Assembly (NCBI GenBank): GCA_964106915.2
Contig: OZ066916.1
Reading direction: 5' to 3' (one strand)
DNA: 64,000 nucleotides
Source of the DNA: Podarcis gaigeae
Lineage: Eukaryota
Shown here: positions 54,447 through 64,000 of the stretch, in pieces
Position numbering within the stretch: the stretch's first letter is position 1
Layout of the letters: each line of letters begins with the position of its first letter
Notes under the pieces: model-generated
What the model saw: the letters and a program-made list of their open reading frames with translations, nothing else
Database searches by the model: none
What the model was told of the DNA's origin: nothing
Position numbers and translations under genes: made by a program

Positions 54447-56820
54447 CCTTAGATACACCCAGAACGAATTACTGCAATGCACTCTTCATGGGCCTCCATT
54501 TCAGATGTTTTGAAAATGCTTGAAAATTCAGCTGGGGCAAAATGAAGCTATGAGATTTCTAACCAGATTAAGTCTTTTAGATTACTTGACCACTGCTGCA
54601 CCAGCTTAGTTGGTTTATGTTCATTTCTAAGTCCATATCAAAGTGTTGGTTATTACCTTCAAAGCCATAAATTAGCCACCTCCAACCTGGTGTCCTCCTG
54701 ATGTTTTGAAGTTCAACTTTGGTAAACAAGTCCCCATCCCTTGTGCAGAGGAAGCTGCAGCCCATTGTGGCTTCCTGTAGTATGTTTCTGTAGCGCACAT
54801 TGGGTGGATAAATGCTTCAACCTCCCACAGTATGGCACATGAATGGGTATCTGTTCTGTGTTTGATGTATACCTGCTAAATCTGTAATGTGTGAAGCATC
54901 TCTGCCCCATCTTGATGTCCTTTGAAATTGTAGTTATGACACAACAACTAGAGGGCAAATCAGCCAGAGAGAGATCTCTCTCTCTACTCTGCTTGCTTTA
55001 CTTATTCCATTTTCAAGAATTAATTCCTTATCTGCAGCAATTGGAGAGAATAGGGTGGTACACTGGCAACAGAGCTGTTCGTGGGGGATTAAAGATATGG
55101 CAACAAGCTGTGCACAGTGTTGCTCACAGCACATTCCCTTTTGGTTATTATTTAATTACACATAATACTTGCATTCTACTTCTTTGCAGCTCTTAATTTT
55201 CAGGGGAGCCAAGCAAGAGTGATTAGAATTAAAGCTTGGGGATTATTCAGGCGAGAGTGTTATGCTGTGCTTTTATTTAGCTTTACATAATTGTGCACCA
55301 GCCCTGAAGCCACTCATTGAATTTTTACACATGCCCTCACTAGAGGGCAGTGATAACAATTCAGTTCAACCAAGTGGACCAGCTGTTACGCTCTATGTCT
55401 TGTAGGGTGAATACTAGCACAGGGCCCTTCAGATATTGCACTGTTCATGAGGTGACACATTTTGGCTGCTCAGAGAGAATCAAAGTGTCAATGCAAATGG
55501 AGGAGATTGATGGGGAAATGTCTCTTTTAGAAGGAACCGGACTAGAGTAGATTAAGCCAAGAAAAGGAGATGAAAAGAGAAGAACTTGAGGAAATGATAA
55601 AGTACCAGCTTTCACTTTAATTTGTAAACACCATCCATCAAAGTATCTTTGAGCAGGTGTCCCAGGGAGATGTGCCCAAGAAACAGAACATGGGCACACC
55701 ATTTAAATTAATAGCGTGAATTCAGGAAGCCTGAATATTTAATTAAGCAGTTGCTTTCCTAAAATGCAGTTTTCAAAAGCAGCTGGTTTCCTTGGGCATT
55801 AACTCTTGCCTTCCTTGCTGAATTGTTAGAATTCGGCTGAAATTCTAGCCATGCTTATGCCAAAAAATGTCCCAGGTAAGTGGGGATAGGTAAATTGGGA
55901 TATGCATGCATGATAACTCACCTCGGGGATAAAAAAGTAAAACAACAACAACAGCATCTTAGCTTGCTTTCCTCATTTTTCATCAGTGGCACCAGTGCTA
56001 TTTTTCTACAAAAAAGGTGCCGAAACTCACCACGAACACCTCCCTTGTTCTCTTATAATGGCAATGGCGCACACCTGAGAGGTGCCAGAACTGAAGTCCA
56101 GTGACTTTCTGATGAAAAAATGCCCTGAGTAGAACTAATTTTATTTGGAGCTTGCTCCTGAGCAGAACAGAAGCCCAAACACAGAGGTTTAGTGCTTGCC
56201 ACATGCACCTCATATAGGCACAGCTTAACCCTCATATACTTGTTTTTACATTTTGCTTATTTTTATTTGTATATTCTTGGTAAATTTTCTGTTTTGTTTA
56301 CACTACTTAGAGATTTTTGGATCAACTGAGTTATACACCTTCTCCAATAAAATAAAATAAATGCCTGTCACTCTGAATTCCAGGTGTACCTGCTGTAACA
56401 GTTTTTATTCAACTCCTTACTGCCCTAGACACCCAGGTGCATCTTGCATTGGAGTAAAACACTCAGTTCAAGCCAATTTAAGAATGCATTTCTTTGCACA
56501 AAAGCTAATTTTGCACCACTAGATTCAATGGGTGATATCCAACATTGGTCATACTCAGACCTACTGCATCAGTAGGCACATGTGCTTGGAAAACCCGCAC
56601 CCTTGTTTATCATAGTGGTAATTGCTCCTGTGTACAACACAGAGAGGACTGTGCTGGCATTCAGTTGGTATGGGCTATTATTTTAAGTCCATAGCAGCAG
56701 TCGCTATTGGCACTCTGGGCATCAAAATAAACACAAACTGTAGGGGGGAAACAGCTGTGAAGATGAAGACATTCCTGTGTGTCCTAACCAAGATTCCTGT
56801 CTGGATTAACTACATAAGAC

Positions 56821-57140
56821 TGAACTGTAGGTGGGTTCCCACAAGGCAAGACACAGTGATGACAGCACGAACCTTTATTGAACTAAGAGAACTGGACAAC
56901 AGAGGCAAAGCAACTGCTTATATACATATCTGAAGGCCTAGGCCACTCCCACTCCCAATGTGATTGGTTGTTTAAACTTCCAAGCTGCAAATCATGTCTC
57001 AGAGTTTAAGGGCCAATGGCAGAGGCCCAAATCCTGAAATGTTTTGTGATTGGATATCATGTATCGAATCAGAACACAGGGGCTCAGAATCCTTAGTCTC
57101 AGACTCAAGCTCAGGCAAGCAGACCACTGAATACATAACA
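56821..57140 (-). mobile_element. Solo LTR (320 bp)
   Basis: TG...CA ends with 5-bp TSD AAGAC (56816-56820, 57141-57145). On the minus strand CCAAT boxes, TATATAAG and AATAAA occur in U3-R-U5 order. It splits a CR1-like tail. Confidence 0.75.
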
Positions 57141-57579
57141 AAGACCTTGCAGGATCAGGCCAAATGCCCATCTAGTCCAGCATCCTCGTCTCACAGAGGC
57201 TAAGCAGATGCCTATGGGAAATCCACAAGCAGGAAAACATTCTCCTCTCTTGGGACCCCAAGCAACTGGTACTCAGAGGCATGCTGCCTTTGATACTTAA
57301 GGTAAACTAGCCATTAATGGCTAGCAGCCAGTGCAATGGACCTGTCCTCCTGGCAGCAGCACTGCTACCGTATACTGGGACAGTGTGGGGCAGGGACAGG
57401 AAAGTGCTGCCACAACAGCAGAGTCCATCTGATATTCTTGCCAGTATGCCCACACTGCTCCAACCTCTTTGCTGCCCTGCCTCAACCCCACACCATCCCG
57501 GTGAATGGTATCAACACTGCTGCCAGGAGGCCAGCTCTGTGGCGCCCCCACCTCTGTTGGCCGCTCTTTGATGTCTAGC

Positions 57580-58076
57580 TGTCAGGCTTCAGGGAATCCG
57601 CCCCCATTCCCTCATGGCTGGCAATCAGAAATGGGAAAACAAGACGTTCTTACCGTGGTCTTTTATTAAATATTCACAGAGAGAGACGCATGATGCCGTC
57701 TCTCTTAGATAATGGCATTGCTCCAAGTAAAGTCGCACCCCCTCCATCGCACCCCCTCCTACTCTATGTCATCCCTGTGCTGACTGATCTGAGCTTTCTG
57801 CCTCTGAGCTTTCACTTCTACTACTCTCAATGCACGCCTGGTCCCAGGAGAAGGGGTGGTGGTCGGGAATGCTTTCCAAGGGCACTGAGTCTGTTAGTGC
57901 TTCTTCTTCCTGCTGCTCCTCTCCCAATATATCCCAGCTTCTCCCCTCTGCAGCCTCTGAACTATGACCTTCTGCAAACCGCTGTTGTAAATCTATACTG
58001 TCCTCCTCTTCTCGGGAAGGTTCAGGATGAGGGGGTACGCAGCCCCCACCATTCCCCCTCGGTCCAGTCCCCGACA
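57580..58076 (-). mobile_element. Solo LTR (~497 bp), purine-rich U3 on the minus strand
   Basis: TGTC...GACA termini and a minus-strand AATAAA near 57662. The TSD is degenerate (CTAGC/CAAGT). Confidence 0.6.
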
Positions 58077-58150
58077 CAAGTAGACATTCGTAGAGCTATC
58101 CTCAATGAATTTATCCAACCCCCCTTTAAAGAGATTCTAGTTGGTGACCA

Positions 58151-58501
58151 GGGACACAGGTGGCGCTGTGGGTTAAACCACAGAACCTAGGACTTACCGA
58201 TCAAAAGCTCGGCAGTTCGAATCCCCGCGACGGGGTGAGCTCCCGTTGCTCGGTCCCAGCTCCTGCCAACCTAGCAGTTTGAAAGCACATCAAAGTGCAA
58301 GTAAATAAATAGGTACCACTCCAGCGGGAAGGTAAACGGAGTTTCCGTGCGCTGCTCTGGTTTGCCAGAAGCGGCTTAGTCATGCTGGCCACATGACCCA
58401 GAAGCTGTATGCCAGCTCCCTCGGCCAATAAAGCGAATTGAGCACTGCAACCCCAGAGTCGTTCGTGACTGGACTTAACTATCAGGGGTGCTTTACCTGT
58501 T
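58151..58501 (+). mobile_element. Sauria SINE, full length
   Basis: Same family, 13-bp TSD TAGTTGGTGACCA. Confidence 0.92.
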
Positions 58502-61289
58502 TAGTTGGTGACCACTGCTACATTGAAGGCACCAATCCTCTACACACATTCCGGGAAACAAGCTCCATTTTACAGAGGAACATATGAACCTAAGAGGAGC
58601 ATGCTGGATCAGTAAAATGGCCCATCTAGTCCAGCATCCTAGTCTCGCAGCAGCTAACCAGATGCCTGCAAGCTGGGCATGAGCACAACAGCATCCTGCT
58701 CACCTGTGCTTCTCAGCAATTGGGATTCAGAAGCAGGATGTCTCTGACAGTGGCAGCAATACACAGCCATGATGGATACAGCCATTGATAGTTTTGTCCT
58801 TCACGAATTCGTCTAATCCTCTTTTAAAGCAACTCAAGCTGGTTCATCACTGCCTTCTGTGGGAGTGAGTTCCATACTTGAATGATAGGCAGCGTGAGGA
58901 AGTGCTTTCTTTTACCTGCCCTGAATGTTCCAACAGCAATTATACTAAATAAACTGCACAGATCTTTTCTTCTGAATATACCTTACATAGCATAGGATTG
59001 GGTTTCTCATTTAGTTAAACATTGACAAACCATTTCTTAACAAAAGTTTCTGAAGGAATACACAAGAAAATTACAAGAAAACAAAATCTGTGGTAGAAAT
59101 GAACGTATGCAGAGCAATTTAAAAATATGCCTTTAGAAAACATTAAATTACACCAATTCAGTATATTTTACAATATACTGAATTGGTGTAATTTAATGTT
59201 TTCAAGGCATGCTTTTAAATTGCTCTGTATTTATACCATAGATTTTGTTTTCTGGTATTTTACAGCCGAGTCTTACTTCAGGGAAGGCCCACTTGAAAAT
59301 GCAAGCTTTCAGTAGCATCCTAAAAGCAAGAATGATAGGCATGTGCCCTTTTTCAATCAGAAAATGATTCCAGAGAGCTGATTCTACTGACTATAAAGGC
59401 ATAGGATTGGGGTTTAGCAGTGCAATCCTATATGTGCATAGTGAGAAGTTAGTCCCATCGTAAGTCCCAGTTAAGTGAGGATAGGCCTTGAATTACTAAT
59501 CCTATTGATGAAGGCTATTTTTATTTTCCAAGAAGAGCTGCATCTTGGCTATATACCTTCTCAGGAATTCATAGGTCTGGTCCAAACTCACATGCATTCC
59601 TGCTGCTTTGAGTCCAACCGATGCTGCCAAGAATAGATTGTGAGGTTGGAAAGCAATTCTCAGTTGAGTGCATGTCTTGCATTCTTGGATATCTGCTGCA
59701 TCAAAGTGCAAAATGAGAAGTGGTAACTGATGGCGGGGGTGGGGGGAGGGAGTGAAGGAGATGGCAGACAAGATTGCATTGTAGTATGACTTTAGCATCT
59801 ACTCCCTAAATGTTCTATTAACTGATTTCCTTAATTATACCACAATGCCCTTGCTAATTACAAGGAAAATCACTCTAGTCTATTAAAAGGTCTTTATCTG
59901 CGATATGTATTACCACATACCTTTTAGTAGTAGATATTGCTGGCTCTATCCTAATACCATCCACACTGTGGTTTTTCAAAATTCTATCTGTAAAGATATG
60001 TGGATGGAAAACTTGATTCAAGCAGTGCTGCTATGAATAGCAACAGAGACGCAGACACCTTCCTCCATATGCCTAGAACTGGCCCAAGCCAGCCCAAGCT
60101 AAAGTCCAGTCCGATATTAATTTTAATGTGTATTATGTATACTTCCATGAACTTTCCTAGGCAAGAGCCTACTGAGTGGATGGTTCATCCCAGGGTGATT
60201 CCTCGCAGTCAATCCCAACTTTTGCCCACGTGTTTATAGAATGCACAAAGCACTACCCTTAGGCGTGTCCTGTTGGGTTACCCTGGAATAAATTTTGATG
60301 TTTCAAAGTTTCCTCTGTCTGATCACTTGTTTTTCATAAGCACATTTTTTCAATCAAGCTCCCTTTCAAAATGGTTGACTCCATGATTCTCCTTTAGCAT
60401 CCATCACAATGTAGCTGCTGCCCATTTAGAGATGCCTGGATGGTCTAATCCAATGCTTATTTTTCTGGGAGTACTTAAGGGTATGCAGTACCGGCATCTT
60501 TTTTTCCTAGAAGAAAAGCACTGGTCTCATTTGAGTTTTTGATTTCCTGGTTTTCTTTGGCATTCATCTGTGTACTGCATGGTTAGTTAATCAGCAATTT
60601 TAAATCGTGCATATTTAAATGAATGAACATATACAAATGAGGAACACTCTGGGGCAATTGGAGAGGAGGCCATTCATTTTTCCATTTTGGAAATTTCAAG
60701 CCACTTAAATTCATCTCTGCTTTGATAATATCAAGGTAAGATAATGGAATTGCCATGCAGCACTGGGTGCTACTTACTATGGCAAGCGGAACTAATTTTA
60801 TTGAATCCCAATATTCAAAGCAGCCCAGTTACAGCTCAGTTAATATTAAATCATCCAGATCTTGCTGTCTGGAGAAAAAAGCCTAATTGGTGTTGAGAAG
60901 AGTAAATATAGAATGAAAGATACAGAGGGTCAGTTCAGACATTTGCCCTAACTACACTTTAGAACTGAGAACTGAAATGTACAAACCATAGTTTAGAACT
61001 TCTAGTCTACTTCCATTTTCATCTGCTTGGCACTCTAGCTGCTAGAGACACAGCAACAGCCTTATGTTTATAATAATAACTATAATAGTAGTAATAATTT
61101 ATCGCAATACAGATATGATGCCAAATCAGTCACCACAAACTGGTTTGCAGGCCTGGTTCAAAGCTGTTGTTTGTGATTCCAGTTTGGTGACCAATCATGA
61201 AACATGGCCTGGCAATACAGGCATCACACTGAACCATACGTAAGATTCCTTAACCATTGTTTGGTATGAAACTATGGTCTTTTAGCTGC

Positions 61290-61765
61290 TTTAGACATCA
61301 CAGTAAACCATAGTTCATCATGACAAACATGAACCACATTGAACCTCAAGCTCAATGAGTTTCCCCCTCTCTATGCTACATCCAGACCTTTAATCTTAAC
61401 TGGTTTGTTGAAACAATACAGCTTCATAGCCCATGGTTTGAAGTTGGCAGGTTCCAGTAAATCATAGTTAGGTTTAATCACAGTTTAGTGCCATGCATAA
61501 ACCAAGACAACTTAAACATGGTTTACTGGAACACCAGCCTCAAACCATAGGTTATGAAGTTGACTCATTTCAACAAACCATAGTTAAGATAAATTGCAAC
61601 TTGACTGGTTTCAAACATACTGTAATGCTAAACTGCTGCAGTTAGTTAAAAACAGAAGCCAAAGCTTCCAATCATCTCATTGTGGCTGTGCCAGAAGGTC
61701 TGTGTGTGGCGGTAAGTGGGGGAGCACATGAACTCAAGGCTCATTCACACAATAATAAACCAATA
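61290..61765. repeat. Long imperfect inverted repeat, probably an old foldback DNA transposon
   Basis: TCTTAACTGGTTTGTTGAAA..CTTCATAGCCCATGGTTTGA..GTTCCAGTAAATCAT pairs with ATGGTTTACTGGAAC..TCAAACCATAGGTTATGAAG..TTTCAACAAACCATAGTTAAGA; centre near 61495. Confidence 0.7.
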
Positions 61766-62457
61766 TCATTGCATCAGAGTGCAGTTTGTTACTTGCCTTG
61801 GGCATCTTTCTGCACAGGAAAGGGAGAATATAGAACAATATTAACAGTCACCCAGTGAAATTTCCAGCCCCCTCCCCTGCATAGTATTCCTATATTAGCA
61901 TAATATATTAGCATAATATTCCTATATTAGCAAGGCTAATTTGTCTCTGTTCTGATTATCCAAACACCTCGACTATCTCCAAGCCGTTTGTATAAAGGAT
62001 ATTGCACTAGAGGATCATTACAGATTACACATCTGTTGCTGTCTAAAATCTCCTCCTCTGGCATGACGTTTTCTGCAATAAAATTTAATTGTTTGGGAAA
62101 TGGTCTAAATTTGAAGAGCTAATGCCAAGTCCTGATGTATGCTTGCATGCAGTTGGGATCGCTAAAATACATTTTCTGATATCATCAAGGGATCAGTCAT
62201 AGCCAATATAGCAAGCACCCTTTCTTAATCTAGTGCCCTCCAGACGTTGTTGAACTACATCTTCCATCAGCCCCAGGCAGCATGGCTGGTGGTCGGGGAT
62301 GATGAGAATTGTAGTCCAACAGCACCACATTGGCTACCCCTTTCCTAGAGGCTCTACAGCAAAAGAGCAATACCTGAATCACATAGCTAAGTGACTAGGA
62401 GGGAGCTCAGTGCTGCTGAAGCTTAACTGGCTGAGTTGTTAACATGTTATTTGTGTA

Positions 62458-62699
62458 CAGTGGTACCTCGGGTTACATACGCTTCAGGTTACATACACTT
62501 CAGGTTACAGACTCTGCTAACCCAGAAATACTACCTCAGGTTAAGAACTTTGCTTCAGGATGAGAACAGAAATCGTGCAGCGGCGGCGCAGTGGCAGTAG
62601 GAAACCCCATTAGCTAAAGTGGTGCTTCAGGTTAAGAACAGTTTCAGGTTAAGAACAGACCTCCAGAACGAATTAAGTTCTTAACCCGAGGTACCACTT
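62458..62699 (+). mobile_element. Same mariner-type MITE
   Basis: CAGTGGTACCTCGGGTT...AACCCGAGGTACCACT, TA-flanked. Confidence 0.88.
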
Positions 62700-63309
62700 T
62701 AGTTACATATATATTCCATCCCTCCTTGAAGGAACACAGGGTGGACAAACAATTCTCTTCACCTTCTTTAGTCCTCACAACTACCCTGTGAGGTTGGCTG
62801 AGGAAGACTGATTGGCCCAGGTTTATCCACTGAGCTTCATAACTGAGACGGGATTTAAACCCTAGCCTCCCTGGTCTTAGTCTGGCGCAGTAGCCATTGT
62901 ACCACACTGGTTTTAATGTTAGGTAGTTTGTTGTGTCTCCATTTAGTAATCCTCTTGTCTCCACCACTGCTGCCTGATCTAAAGGAAAGACCATAGCATC
63001 AAAAAAGGGGGGAAGTATATAAGTATTCCAAACTGAAATAGATTTCCAGGGCAAAGCTTGGGAGCAGGAAAGGACGCTAGCAATGTGATGATATGGCTCA
63101 CATTATTTCTACCTCTTCAAGTGGTGAAGAGTCTTTCTTGAGGGCTTTTCTTCCGACATGCCCTCAGAGTGTCCGGCTCAGCAAGGTTCCTTCTATTTAA
63201 GCACAAAGCCTCCTGATGATAATGATGCCTAAAGCCTTTGGCTTGTTCAAACACTACCAGAGTAATTTTTCTTCTGCTAGAGAGAAATGCCTTAAAACTT
63301 CTGAGGTGA

Positions 63310-63324
63310 ATAGATAGATAGATG

Positions 63325-63394
<70 letters not shown>

Positions 63395-63400
63395 ATGAAT
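63310..63400. repeat. Compound microsatellite (ATAG)n-(TG)n-(AG)n
   Basis: Seen directly. Confidence 0.95.
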
Positions 63401-64000
63401 GAGTGTGCTGTGTTTAACAAAAAGGTCCTCTGGGATTTCATCGTATGCTGCAGTCTTAGTGCAGAAGACTGAAATGTGTGCTTGAGCCAGGCTTGAGGGA
63501 GCACTTGCCAAAAGTACCAACTGGTGCCCTCGGTCCTTGGAATGAGGTAGCTCAGTTGAACCAAACTCACGGAACTAGTTCAGAAATCCCAGGACTACAC
63601 ATGGAATCTGTTCCTGTAACTGCCCTTCCCACAGCTTCAAAATCTGCTCCAGAGGGTGGAATGGGAACTTCCATTGTATAAACTGCTGTCTGTTTCATGA
63701 ATGGAACTGCAGCATTAGCCACAACCCACTGTGGCTCATCTGTTGCATTATAGTGTTGTTGTTGTTTTTATATTATAGCGATGTCCTCCCATTTTCCAGA
63801 TATGACTTCTTTATTTTTACCAGTTCTTTAAAAACAGAAATTGCAGTGAAAGCTTTCCCAGTGTGGACTCACAAGCACTACTGTGCCTGTAATTAGGAGC
63901 TTATGTCTCTAATTTCTTCCTCCTCATTAAGAGCCCTCAGCTGGTCAGCTTCTAGTTTCTTCCATTTTTCTTTTCTTTTGAATTTGTGAAATAATGCTAA

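Noticed and set aside
48100-64000. A second protein-coding gene downstream (e.g. ORFs 48698-48979, 51765-52133, 57690-58190)
   Set aside because: No recognisable protein motifs or consistent exon chain; most ORFs overlap repeats. Small or non-coding exons cannot be excluded.

Overview
Eukaryotic vertebrate DNA, almost certainly from a lacertid lizard, judged by the Sauria SINEs, a Squam3-like SINE, BovB, CR1, L2 and hAT/mariner MITEs. The window holds one complete + strand protein-coding gene, calpain-8 (CAPN8/nCL-2). I rebuilt it by hand from 21 coding exons (ATG 7235 to TAA 47879). The spliced CDS is 2109 nt (702 aa) with an intact C105/H262/N286 triad, a 12-nt microexon and one U12-type (minor spliceosome) intron. 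The rest is intronic or intergenic and dense in transposons, many with visible target-site duplications (TSDs). Best leads: (1) a solo LTR in intron 11 whose 5' ~85% is one open frame encoding an acidic/Ser-rich protein with a Rev/Rex-like Arg-rich motif, echoed by a second solo LTR downstream; (2) inverted Sauria SINEs bracketing the U12 3' splice site and exon 17; (3) a CaaX-like C-terminus (CCTLV); (4) an exon 5 acceptor whose branch point and pyrimidine tract appear to be transposon-derived. Most short ORFs in the supplied track are spurious. Repeat family names come from pattern recognition, not database searches.
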